This document shows positions 44,413 through 53,690 of a stretch of DNA of 57,277 bases, piece by piece. Both the position numbers and the translations under genes were made by a program. Origin of the DNA: an uncultured Clostridia bacterium (lineage in GTDB: Bacteria; Bacillota; Clostridia; Oscillospirales; Acutalibacteraceae); NCBI GenBank assembly GCA_944380825.1, contig CALWIX010000106.1, positions 1 to 57,277 of the forward strand, given 5' to 3'. The number at the start of each line of letters is the position of its first letter. The first letter of the stretch is position 1. The notes under the pieces are model-generated. The model did not search any database and was not told where the DNA came from. It was given only the letters and a program-made list of their open reading frames with translations.

Positions 44413-46407
44413 ATGAAGTACTATGTGTCCGTAAAAGGGCCCAGAGACGGGGACGGCTCGAAAGAACGTCCTTACCGCCGTATTCAGCAGGCGGCGCAGC
44501 AGGCTCGCCCTGGCGACGAGGTGATTGTTGGCCCGGGTATTTACCGCGAATGGGTCAACCCGATCCACGCCGGTGAGGAAGACGCGCGCATTGTTTACCG
44601 TTCGGAGAAACCAGGCGAGGCTGTGATTACCGGCTCGGAGCCTGTAAAGAACTGGGAACCGTATCAGGGTGATGTATGGCTTTCACGCATTCCTAACGGT
44701 TTGTTCGGATCGTATAACCCCTACACCACGGTGCTTATGGGCGATTGGTATTACAGCGAGGGGACGCTGCACACCGGCGAAATCTATTTAAACGGTAAAT
44801 CTATGTATGAGGCCCAGACGTTGGAAGATGTGCTCGAGGGAAAACGCTGCGAAAACTCGTGGTATCCTGAAGACTCCGTTTACCGCTGGTATACTGTTCA
44901 AAACGACGGTGAAACGCTGCTATATGCGAATTTTCAAGGTGTTAATCCCAACTTAGAAAATGTAGAGATCAATGTGCGTCGCAACTGCTTTTATCCGGAA
45001 AAAACGGGGATAAATTATATTACCCTTTCCGGTTTCACAATTCGTCAGGCGGCCACCACATGGGCTCCTCCTACTGCATATCAAGAGGGCATGGTGGGGC
45101 CTCACTGGTCGAAGGGATGGATCATCGAAGACTGCGAAATTTCTGATTCTAAATGCTGTGGCATCAGCCTTGGTAAATATTTGCAGCCATACAACGAAAA
45201 TAAATGGTCCCTTAACCGCGTGAAAAATGGCACGCAAACCGAACGCGACGCCATCTGTCAGGCACAGATCGACGGCTGGAGCAAAAAGAACATCGGCTCG
45301 CACATTGTGCGGCGCTGTCATATCCATGACTGTGAACAGACTGGTATTGTGGGACACCTTGGTGGCGTATTCTCTATTATTGAAGATAACCACATCCATC
45401 ACATCAACACAAAGCAGCAGCTCTCCGGCGCCGAGATTGGCGGCATCAAGATGCATGCGGCCATTGACACTATCATCCGCCGCAATCATATCCATCACTG
45501 CACCCGCGGTATTTGGCTCGACTGGCAGGCTCAGGGAACGAGAGTCTCTCAGAATCTTCTGCATGATAATATTCCGCCGCAGTCCACTCAATTCAGCCCA
45601 CGCTTTTCTATTGCGGAGGATCTGTTTATTGAGGTGAGCCACGGCCCCACTTTAGTGGATAACAACATCGTGCTTTCTCCCTACGCCAGCCGTATCTGCG
45701 CACAGGGTATCGCTTTTGTACATAACCTTATCTGCGGGCCATTTACTATGGTGGGCGCTGGCACAAACAACGGAGGCGGTACCAATCCCCGTTACACTCC
45801 CTACCATGTACCGCATCAGACGGAAGTTGTAGGCTTTATGACCTTTTTGCACGGCGATGCGAGATTTTACAACAACATCTTTGTCAACCGAGAAATCCCG
45901 AAAGAGTACACGGAGGCTATCGCTGCACGCGGCTCACAGCTGAATGAAACAGCTGGTACAAAACCATACGACGGTTATCCTACTGCAAAGCAGTACTTTG
46001 CTCAGTTCTTCCAAGAGGGCGACGTGCGCGGTCATGAGAACCGCGAGAAGTATTATACGAAGATGCCCGTTTATACTGGCGGCAACGTCTTCTTTAACGG
46101 CGCACAGCCTTGCGATACGGAAGAAGACTTCGCTGTCGATACGGAACATGAGGTCTTTGTACAGCTCGAAGAAAAGGACGGCGCTTATCGTCTGCATACA
46201 AACCTATACGATTATCTGCCAAAGATGAAGACACCCTTTATTTCCACCGAGGTTTTGGGCGAAGCCTTCGAGCCGGAACAGCGATTCGAAAATCCGGACG
46301 GCTCCGAGATCTTCTTTGAAGAGGATTATTTTGGAGAGCATCGTGCAATCAATCCTACTCCTGGTCCGTTTGAGACGGCTTCGGAACTGGCCGATCCGCT
46401 TTTTTAA
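44413..46407 (+). CDS. right-handed parallel beta-helix repeat protein (putative glycan lyase/hydrolase), cytoplasmic
   Basis: N-terminal cap YYVSVKGPRDGDGSKERPYRRIQQAAQQARPGDEVIVGPGIY typical of pectin-lyase-fold proteins. Repeated coil motifs CHIHDC / NHIHHI / NHIHHC. GGAGGAG RBS. No signal peptide. Confidence 0.8.
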   Translation: MKYYVSVKGPRDGDGSKERPYRRIQQAAQQARPGDEVIVGPGIYREWVNPIHAGEEDARIVYRSEKPGEAVITGSEPVKNWEPYQGDVWLSRIPNGLFGSYNPYTTVLMGDWYYSEGTLHTGEIYLNGKSMYEAQTLEDVLEGKRCENSWYPEDSVYRWYTVQNDGETLLYANFQGVNPNLENVEINVRRNCFYPEKTGINYITLSGFTIRQAATTWAPPTAYQEGMVGPHWSKGWIIEDCEISDSKCCGISLGKYLQPYNENKWSLNRVKNGTQTERDAICQAQIDGWSKKNIGSHIVRRCHIHDCEQTGIVGHLGGVFSIIEDNHIHHINTKQQLSGAEIGGIKMHAAIDTIIRRNHIHHCTRGIWLDWQAQGTRVSQNLLHDNIPPQSTQFSPRFSIAEDLFIEVSHGPTLVDNNIVLSPYASRICAQGIAFVHNLICGPFTMVGAGTNNGGGTNPRYTPYHVPHQTEVVGFMTFLHGDARFYNNIFVNREIPKEYTEAIAARGSQLNETAGTKPYDGYPTAKQYFAQFFQEGDVRGHENREKYYTKMPVYTGGNVFFNGAQPCDTEEDFAVDTEHEVFVQLEEKDGAYRLHTNLYDYLPKMKTPFISTEVLGEAFEPEQRFENPDGSEIFFEEDYFGEHRAINPTPGPFETASELADPLF

Positions 46408-46431
46408 GTAGATAATAAAAGTTAAACCATT

Positions 46432-46470
46432 CCTCCCATCGTGGCTTTGTTCACGGTGGGAGGCTTTTTA
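46432..46470 (+). terminator. intrinsic terminator after the beta-helix gene
   Basis: CCTCCCATCGTG-N8-CACGGTGGGAGG followed by CTTTTTATT. Confidence 0.8.
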
Positions 46471-46762
46471 TTAACTTATAATGATAGCTCAAGACAAGCG
46501 AAACTATATCTAAGTCATTAGATTTGTCTGTTTTGTTTCGCTGGTATTCATTTACTCAGAGATTTAAAATAAAAATAGGAGGCGATACCGTTTAAAATTT
46601 TTATATGAGTAAAAATACGAAAACAAAAATTTTGGTATGAAATAAAATTTATATTTTGATCTATTTCATTTTTAATCAAAGATCGTGTCAGAAATGCTAT
46701 TTTCTGGTATAATAAAAAGGCATCATTGAAAATCTTTCGATTATCTCAGAAAGGAGATTCTT

Positions 46763-47404
46763 ATGAAAAAGAAAATTGTTTGCTTTGGAGATTCTAACAC
46801 ATACGGCTACATACCAGTAACGGCGCTGCGCTTTCCACCGGACGTGCGCTGGACTGGGGTGCTTGCCAAAGAGTTAGGAGAAGACTACGAAATCGGTGAA
46901 GAAGGAATGTGCGGACGTACCATTGCTATCCATGATCCCGGCGACGTGAACAATGTCTGTGGCATGGATCTGCTGGAGGAGTCTCTCTCGCGCCATCAGC
47001 CGGTGGATCTCGTTACCATCATGCTGGGAACAAATGATGTAAAACAGCGGTTTCATGCTTCAGCGGAACAGATTGGAAAATCACTGGAGGAAATGATTGA
47101 GGCTGCCAAAAATCTTCCTATCTGGCGAGAGGAAAGTGAGCCCAAAATTCTCGTCATCGCACCGCCTACTGTTCGCGATACATATAAAAATGGCGCTTTT
47201 TCAGAGTCTATGGGTCCTGACTGCCTCAAAAAGTTTGCTGACATTCCCAGAATCTACGCCGAGACGGCTCAGCGTCAAGGCTGTTCGTTCTTTGACGCTG
47301 GAAAAGTTGTGCAGGGCTGCGACGAAGACGGCATCCATATTACAGCAGAAAGCCATATCCGCCTTGGCAAAGCTCTTGTACCTGTGATCCGCACTCTTGT
47401 GTAA
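46763..47404 (+). CDS. SGNH/GDSL hydrolase (esterase/deacetylase)
   Basis: Blocks IVCFGDSNTYGY, IMLGTNDV and DEDGIHIT. AAAGGAG RBS. Confidence 0.85.
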   Translation: MKKKIVCFGDSNTYGYIPVTALRFPPDVRWTGVLAKELGEDYEIGEEGMCGRTIAIHDPGDVNNVCGMDLLEESLSRHQPVDLVTIMLGTNDVKQRFHASAEQIGKSLEEMIEAAKNLPIWREESEPKILVIAPPTVRDTYKNGAFSESMGPDCLKKFADIPRIYAETAQRQGCSFFDAGKVVQGCDEDGIHITAESHIRLGKALVPVIRTLV

Positions 47405-47548
47405 ATCCAGCTGCTTTGCTGTAGGAATACAGCAGGTACCCTCTGTTTTTCATCCCCGTTAGAAAAAGCAGTATATGTCCTGTCAGCTATGCTCTTCTAA
47501 AATTATGCTGCATTATTGGATAAACCGTTTTACAATGGGCAAATCATG

Positions 47549-47600
47549 AAAATGCTCCAAAAGTTATTCCATTAGGATGCTTTGGGAGCATTTTTGTTTT
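47549..47600 (+). terminator. hairpin + T-run about 145 nt downstream of the SGNH gene
   Basis: AAAATGCTCCAAAAG-N16-CTTTGGGAGCATTTT followed by TGTTTT. Confidence 0.6.
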
Positions 47601-47980
47601 AATTTCTTTTAGGAAATCTTCTATACTTTCTAAAAACATTATTTATAAATAATCCAACCAAGATTTTATATAACAACTACCACTAATTTCCGTTTCCATT
47701 TTCTCAAACTACGAAATAATATGCAAAGAATAATGGATACGTTTTTCTTTTTAAATAAAGCTTGTACCAAATATATTTAAAAAATTTACACTGCATTTTT
47801 GATACCATTCTAAACTAATAGCTGTATCGTAAAGGAATCGATATATGCTTTTACAGAAATATCATTTTTCTTTATGGCAAATCCTTAAAAAATTTTAATA
47901 AATTAAAGATCATACTAACTTCTTTGAAATCATACAAAATAAATGTTAGTAAATCGTTTAAAAAGTTAAATCAATAAAAA

Positions 47981-48009
47981 TTGTCGATTTTTAAAATATA
48001 TGGTATAAT
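47981..48009 (+). promoter_or_regulatory. sigma-A-type promoter of the 245-aa membrane-protein gene
   Basis: TTGTCG, a 17-nt spacer, then TGgTATAAT. Confidence 0.6.
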
Positions 48010-48060
48010 AAAATAACAAACAATTCCTTCTCTGCTTTTCCAAAACAAAGGGGGCTATGT

Positions 48061-48798
48061 ATGAAAAAACATTTTAATCATGAACGACTTAGTAAAATTT
48101 TAACCATTCTTGTATTTCTTTCCATGGCTGGTTCCGCCGCTTTTTTGATTGTGCGTATCATCATTGCACCTTTGATTGTTGGCGAAGAAAGTCTCAATTC
48201 CCTTACACGTACAAAAGGTGAATATATATTGATGTTAGTACAGTGCCTTCTGGGAATCGTAGCAATGATTCTTCCCGGCAAGTTGACGCAAAAATCTAAA
48301 ATTGTAATTCCACAGGGGATGTATATCTTATATATCATCTTTTTATATTGCGCCATTTATTTGGGGGAAGTCCGCAGTTTTTACTACTCTATTCCCCATT
48401 GGGATGACATCTTACACTGCTTCAGTGGCGCAATGTTGGGAGCATTGGGATTTTCCTTTGTTGCACTGCTAAACAATTCAGAGCGTGTTCCTGTAAATTT
48501 AAGTCCTATCTTTGTGGCTATATTCTCTCTGTGCTTTGCTGTTTCCCTTGGTGTAGTATGGGAAATTTACGAGTTTACCTTTGATGGACTCCTCGATCTC
48601 AATATGCAAAAATTTGCACAAGAGGTTGACGGAAAACTGGTTGCGCTTGTGGGGCACGACGCCCTGAAAGACACCATGAAGGATCTTGTGGTTGATATGG
48701 TGGGGGCTGGAATCACGTCGATTATTGGCTATATTTCACTTAAATATAAAAAAGGCTGGATTGAAAAGCTTCAGCTTCGCAGAGCCAAAACGAACTGA
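48061..48798 (+). CDS. hypothetical multi-pass membrane protein
   Basis: 245 aa with at least 5 hydrophobic helices and a conserved-looking WDDILHCFSGAMLGALGF / VWEIYEFTFDG pair. Good promoter and AAAGGGGG RBS upstream. Confidence 0.7.
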   Translation: MKKHFNHERLSKILTILVFLSMAGSAAFLIVRIIIAPLIVGEESLNSLTRTKGEYILMLVQCLLGIVAMILPGKLTQKSKIVIPQGMYILYIIFLYCAIYLGEVRSFYYSIPHWDDILHCFSGAMLGALGFSFVALLNNSERVPVNLSPIFVAIFSLCFAVSLGVVWEIYEFTFDGLLDLNMQKFAQEVDGKLVALVGHDALKDTMKDLVVDMVGAGITSIIGYISLKYKKGWIEKLQLRRAKTN

Positions 48799-48828
48799 AT
48801 CTTCTCACCTGTTTTTATAGATACACTA

Positions 48829-49317
48829 TCAATCCATTGTTAAATGCGCAGTGGAAGCACTAATTAGTTTTAACAGTGCAGACGGCTCCACTTCCACCTG
48901 TGTTCCGATTTTTCCGCCGCTGAAAATAATACGCTCTTGCGCTAGGCACGATTCATCCACAACAGTAACGTACTGCTTCTTCATTCCAATGGGAGAACAA
49001 CCGCCGCGGATGTATCCTGTGGTCTTATTGATTTCATTGACATGGATCATTTCTACCGACTTTTCTCCCACAGATCGGGCGGCTGCCTTGAGATTGAGCT
49101 CTTTTGCGACAGGAATGACAAACACATAAAATTCCTTACTGGCTCCGCGTGTGACAAGTGTTTTGAACACCTGATCGACTGGTTGCCCCAGTTGTTTTGC
49201 TACACTAACGCCGTCGATCGCTTCACCGCTGTGTTCATAAAAATATGGATGGTAAGGAATTTTTTCCTTCTCTAAAATTCGCATTACGTTTGTTTTATTA
49301 TCTTTGTCTTTTGCCAT
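48829..49317 (-). CDS. ybaK: Cys-tRNA(Pro)/Cys-tRNA(Cys) deacylase
   Basis: KTNVMRILEKEKIPY N-terminus and YbaK-size (162 aa) editing-domain layout (GGCSPIG). Confidence 0.88.
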   Translation of the reverse strand: MAKDKDNKTNVMRILEKEKIPYHPYFYEHSGEAIDGVSVAKQLGQPVDQVFKTLVTRGASKEFYVFVIPVAKELNLKAAARSVGEKSVEMIHVNEINKTTGYIRGGCSPIGMKKQYVTVVDESCLAQERIIFSGGKIGTQVEVEPSALLKLISASTAHLTMD

Positions 49318-49370
49318 CGTAAAAAAATACCTCCTTACAAATATGATATTTCTTTTCTCGTTATGGCAAC

Positions 49371-49401
49371 AAATCCCTTATCCTTTTTGGATAAGGGATT
49401 T
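49371..49401 (-). terminator. 13-bp hairpin after the secreted repeat-protein gene
   Basis: AAATCCCTTATCC-TTTTT-GGATAAGGGATTT. Only a weak U-tract on the minus strand. Confidence 0.5.
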
Positions 49402-49418
49402 GTTCTCTTACAGCAAAT

Positions 49419-50522
49419 TTACGGCCGGTAGGGGGAAACCTCTAAAGCGTTTGCTTGCGCCGGCAAGCTTAGAGTCATTGTGCCCCGATGGTAAATACTA
49501 AGTTGATCACCAGGTTGTAAGCTTTCCACTTCCTGCGCAAATTTTGTATAGGCGTCGTAATGGAAAATTACTGTATCACCGGCAGACAGTCCTTTTACTA
49601 CAAGAGAGCCCTCCGTGCTGCCTGATTCTCCATAAATTTTTTCTTCTAGTGTACAGTTATACACACACGATTCCCATGGAAGTAAGAGCTTTACCGAATA
49701 TGCATAATGGCTGCCGTCATTATTACAGAGGACTTCGGCATATTCTCCCACAGAAAGGCTTCCATCTTGAAGGGTAGAATCGTTAATCGTAACCGTGATA
49801 GAATCGGAAAAGTCGGTACCCGGAGCACGCTGAAGCGTTAAAGTGCGTTCCCCTTGGCTTGCGGATATGGAAGCTATTGTCCCACGATAAATCTGTATAT
49901 CTGCATATCTGCGAATCTCCAGAGCATTTCCCTGCGGCGGAAGGCTTCGCGTAAGCGCACCGCTGTGGTAAATATTTATTTTATCTCCTTGTTTCAAAGA
50001 ATCAAAATCGAAATACATCTGCGTACTATCTGTATAATGGAATAATGTTTCACTACTGCTCTCCCAATCACGACACAGAATAACACTATTCTGACGGTCA
50101 ATAGAAATCACTTCTCCATTATAGTTGGACAGCGCAGCATCAGTAAGCTTTTTTAAAGAAAGTGCCTGTGCTATTTGAGGATCTGCTTGTGAAAATGTAT
50201 AGGAAATTTCTATATAATCGCCCACTTTAATCCCATCCGTACGAGAAATCGGTGCCTGCACCAAAATTTCAGCTATACCGAAATTTGTTCCTTGCTCTTG
50301 ACGTAGAGTAAAGAAAGCCATCTCTCCATCTTGGAAAATATCTACTACTGTACCACGGTATACTGGACAATCTGCTGCATGCTCTTGAAAAGATTGTGTT
50401 GGATAAAAAGACGTCTCAACCGGATTTCCTGATAGTTGTACCGCTTCTACCCCCAAACTCATTCCTCCCAAAGCAGCTGTCAAGCATAACGCTAATACTG
50501 TTTTTACAAACTTTTTTTTCAT
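49419..50522 (-). CDS. secreted protein with internally duplicated A-B-A-B module architecture
   Basis: Signal peptide MKKKFVKTVLALCLTAALGGMSLGVEA. Four modules of about 75-80 aa start YRGTVVDI / YNGEVISI / YRGTIASI / YNCTLEEK. The B modules end in IYHSGALTRSLPPQGNALEI and IYHRGTMTLSLPAQANALEV. Confidence 0.7.
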   Translation of the reverse strand: MKKKFVKTVLALCLTAALGGMSLGVEAVQLSGNPVETSFYPTQSFQEHAADCPVYRGTVVDIFQDGEMAFFTLRQEQGTNFGIAEILVQAPISRTDGIKVGDYIEISYTFSQADPQIAQALSLKKLTDAALSNYNGEVISIDRQNSVILCRDWESSSETLFHYTDSTQMYFDFDSLKQGDKINIYHSGALTRSLPPQGNALEIRRYADIQIYRGTIASISASQGERTLTLQRAPGTDFSDSITVTINDSTLQDGSLSVGEYAEVLCNNDGSHYAYSVKLLLPWESCVYNCTLEEKIYGESGSTEGSLVVKGLSAGDTVIFHYDAYTKFAQEVESLQPGDQLSIYHRGTMTLSLPAQANALEVSPYRP

Positions 50523-50596
50523 AAACTTTCATCCTTTCAGATGCACATATACAAAAAACTTCACTTTAATAATATAAAGTAAAAATGTTTTTGTCA

Positions 50597-50633
50597 ACAA
50601 AAAAGGTCCGAACTCTAAACAGAGCCGGACCTT
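50597..50633 (-). terminator. intrinsic terminator after the HU gene
   Basis: Minus strand reads AAGGTCCG-N15-CGGACCTT followed by TTTTTTG. Confidence 0.75.
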
Positions 50634-50656
50634 GATTGTGCTGGGGATGCAGATTC

Positions 50657-50932
50657 TTATTTATTCACCGCATCTTTCAGGGCCTTACCAGCTTTAAACG
50701 CCGGAGACTTCGAAGCTGGAATTACCATGTCCTGCTTTGTAGCGGGATTTTTCCCCATACGTTCGGCTCTCTCCTTGACCTCAAAGGTTCCAAAGCCAAC
50801 GATCTGAACCTTCTCTCCCTTTACGAGTTCTTTTTCGACAACATTGAAAAAAGCGTTCAGAACAGCTTCGCAATCTTTCTTCGCCAGACCGGTTTCTTCC
50901 TTGAGTGCATCAATCAAACCTGTTTTATTCAC
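50657..50932 (-). CDS. hup: HU-family DNA-binding protein
   Basis: MNKTGLIDAL...GFGTFEVKERAERMGKNPATKQDMVIPASKSPAFKAGKALKDAV. 91 aa. Confidence 0.93.
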   Translation of the reverse strand: MNKTGLIDALKEETGLAKKDCEAVLNAFFNVVEKELVKGEKVQIVGFGTFEVKERAERMGKNPATKQDMVIPASKSPAFKAGKALKDAVNK

Positions 50933-51274
50933 TTCTTGTCACCTCCATCACAAACCTGATTTCCCATTTTACAACTGTTTATAAAAAGGGTTCTTGAGGA
51001 ATTTTACACCTTTCTGCTAAAAAAAACAACTGTTTCTTAAAAAGTAATCCATCTTTTTTCACAAATTAGGAAAAAAAACATTTTTTATTTAATTTTCAAG
51101 TCTACTTCCGGCTTTTTGACGATATTTTCTGAATTCCTTTACGGATAATACTATCTGATCCGCAGAACTATTATCCCCGAAAAACTTGATTTATTTCATA
51201 CCTTTTTCCAAATTAAAAGGGTTGCAACTCTCCATTTTGAGAACGGCAGCCCTTTAATTTTTAATTCTTCTAAA

Positions 51275-52327
51275 TTAGTCTTTGATAATCTTCACAACCG
51301 ACTTGACAATATCAGCCTTATTGTTCACACTCATATCCATAGCATTCTGGATATCGTCAAAATCAAAAACATTTGAGACAATGCCCTTAAGATTCACACG
51401 GCCCGCAGCGACAGCCTCAATAGCCATCGGATAAATATGACGATAACGGAAAATCGTCTTAAAGGTAAGCTCTTTATCGAGAGCCATATTCAGCGGAAGG
51501 CTGGTAAGATCATTTTTGCCATAGCCAACAAAAACAATCGTTGACCCTTTCTTCGCAATCTTTATTGCCTGCTGGCAGGTAATCTCGGTGCCAGCCGTTT
51601 CGATACATAAATCACAGCCCCGACCCTCTGTCAAATCCATAATAGCCTGCACTGTATCCTGCTCTTTGCCGTTAATCACGCCTGTTGCGCCAAGTTCAAG
51701 CGCCTTGTCAAGACGTTTCTGGATGACATCCACCACATAAACGGTAGAAATACCCTCCGCTTTGAGGGCCATCATGGTGACTAGGCCAATACAACCCGCC
51801 CCCATCACTACAGCCGTCTGGCCAGCATGTGCGCCGCCCTGATTCGCTGCATGGAAACCAACAGCCAGCGGCTCGATCAAAGCGCCTTCCATCGTGCTTA
51901 CATTATCGGGAAGCTTAAAGCACAGATCCGCTTCATGTGCCACATATTCCTGAAAAACGCCGTCTACCGGCGGAGTAGCAAAGAAAATGACATCTGGGCA
52001 GAGGTTGTAACGGCCTGTCTTACAAAACTCACAATGTCCGCAAGTTTTGCCGGGCTCCAATGCAACACGATCGCCCACCTTCAGGTGCTTAACGTTCTTG
52101 CCAACCTCAACAACCGTTCCGCCCGGCTCATGGCCCAGCACAAACGGTGTTTTTACAATGAAGTTACCAATACGGCCCGTCTCGTAATAATGAAGATCCG
52201 ACCCACAAATTCCAACATACTCCAGCTTTACAAGAACTTCGTCATCCTTGGGCGTCGGAATATCCCTCTCCACAAAGCCCATCTTTCCAATATCCGTCAT
52301 AACGGCGACTTTCATTTTTCCATTCAT
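51275..52327 (-). CDS. zinc-dependent medium-chain dehydrogenase (sorbitol/threonine-dehydrogenase-like)
   Basis: YVGICGSDLHYY, LGHEPGGTVVEVG and structural-zinc cysteines CGHCEFCKTGRYNLC. GGAGG RBS. Confidence 0.88.
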   Translation of the reverse strand: MNGKMKVAVMTDIGKMGFVERDIPTPKDDEVLVKLEYVGICGSDLHYYETGRIGNFIVKTPFVLGHEPGGTVVEVGKNVKHLKVGDRVALEPGKTCGHCEFCKTGRYNLCPDVIFFATPPVDGVFQEYVAHEADLCFKLPDNVSTMEGALIEPLAVGFHAANQGGAHAGQTAVVMGAGCIGLVTMMALKAEGISTVYVVDVIQKRLDKALELGATGVINGKEQDTVQAIMDLTEGRGCDLCIETAGTEITCQQAIKIAKKGSTIVFVGYGKNDLTSLPLNMALDKELTFKTIFRYRHIYPMAIEAVAAGRVNLKGIVSNVFDFDDIQNAMDMSVNNKADIVKSVVKIIKD

Positions 52328-52406
52328 CGTAATTCAACCTCCTATTATCGTGCAATTTATCAAAATACTCCAAAGAGTATTTTAATCAAACAAAATCACT
52401 GATTGT

Positions 52407-53690
52407 TTAATCTACTTTTTCCTGAATATTTACATTTGCGAGATATTCTCCATAAGCCCACACACTCGAAGCACCCTGAACCGAAAATTTCACTGGCATT
52501 TCAATATGTCCAGTAAACGTTTCTCGCCCCGTCATATCGATCTCTACAACGATATCTTCCGGCTCGATAGCATTAATTTGTTCTTGCGGGCCGATAAGCG
52601 TTACATCCATACTCTGCGTATAAACATCCGATGTTTTATTCGCAGCAAGATTTACTACCTTAAAGTTATCCTTCGCCACAGTAAATCGACGGGAAATAAA
52701 CCCATCCAAATCCAACGTCACTTTTGCTTCATATACCATACTAATATTACTGCACCCCGGTGGCAAAGAGATTGATACATCGAACGAATTATTGGAAGGA
52801 CTGACCTTCGTAAAATCAATAGGTGCAAGACTAATTGTTGTTAAATTACTTAGTGCATCCTCCGGGCCCGCAATCTGGATATTTTCGGGTTCTACGTTAA
52901 CAATTCCCTCAAGATTTAGGCCAGAAGGTTTATTTTGGAATGTTGGTTCCAATGTGAGCGTTTGTCGGCTGCGTACACTGATCGTTACCTCTACCTCGTC
53001 GTTGCTAATGAGCAAATTATCCTTAGCAAGCTCATTACCATATCTATCATAAAGTACGAGACTAGTAGTAAACGTTTGTGTTGAGATCAAAGGGGTATCA
53101 ATTTCATATTCTAAACAGACACGGCTAATACGATCGATTTCCTTTTGCGGCCCTGAAATTGTCACCTCATTGACAGAAAGAGATGGCTCGCTGACTACAT
53201 AGGAATCATCTGCTTTATATTTTATACCATCTGTATTAATTTCAAAAGTTGCCTCCTGATAGTAATCAACATCAACAAATACATATTCAGGACTAATCTC
53301 CACCTCGTAATCGCCAAATACCTGAGACGGCTGTTCTAACCGCAGCCGTAACTGCACACTGGTAGGCTGCGTAATAGAAGATGCCTGCTCCGCCACGACG
53401 ACAAGCTGCGTAGGATCGATACTGTGTACAGCCATACTGTCTCCTGTAATATAAACAGTAGCACTTTTAACGCTTTGGCTGAATACACGTAGATTCATTT
53501 CCTTGGTAGCTTCTTCTGAAAGCGTCACCTCTACCGGAACATCTGAAATCTCCCGCGGGCGTTCCTGTGTATTGACTGATGACGCAATAAACCACAATAT
53601 GATGGAAATGAAAACAGAAAAAATTAACACAAAACGATCGTTGTAAAAAAGATCTCCCAGATTAAATTTCTTTTCTTTCATTTTTTCCAA
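52407..53690 (-). CDS. cdaR: YbbR-domain protein, c-di-AMP cyclase regulator
   Basis: N-terminal TM helix followed by repeated YbbR-like beta modules. Overlaps the cdaA 3' end by 13 nt. Confidence 0.85.
   Translation of the reverse strand: MEKMKEKKFNLGDLFYNDRFVLIFSVFISIILWFIASSVNTQERPREISDVPVEVTLSEEATKEMNLRVFSQSVKSATVYITGDSMAVHSIDPTQLVVVAEQASSITQPTSVQLRLRLEQPSQVFGDYEVEISPEYVFVDVDYYQEATFEINTDGIKYKADDSYVVSEPSLSVNEVTISGPQKEIDRISRVCLEYEIDTPLISTQTFTTSLVLYDRYGNELAKDNLLISNDEVEVTISVRSRQTLTLEPTFQNKPSGLNLEGIVNVEPENIQIAGPEDALSNLTTISLAPIDFTKVSPSNNSFDVSISLPPGCSNISMVYEAKVTLDLDGFISRRFTVAKDNFKVVNLAANKTSDVYTQSMDVTLIGPQEQINAIEPEDIVVEIDMTGRETFTGHIEMPVKFSVQGASSVWAYGEYLANVNIQEKVD

Noticed and set aside
47405-48060. 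Micropeptide ORFs in the AT-rich gap (17-19 codons on both strands).
   Set aside because: None has a convincing RBS, and such frames are expected by chance in AT-rich DNA of this length.
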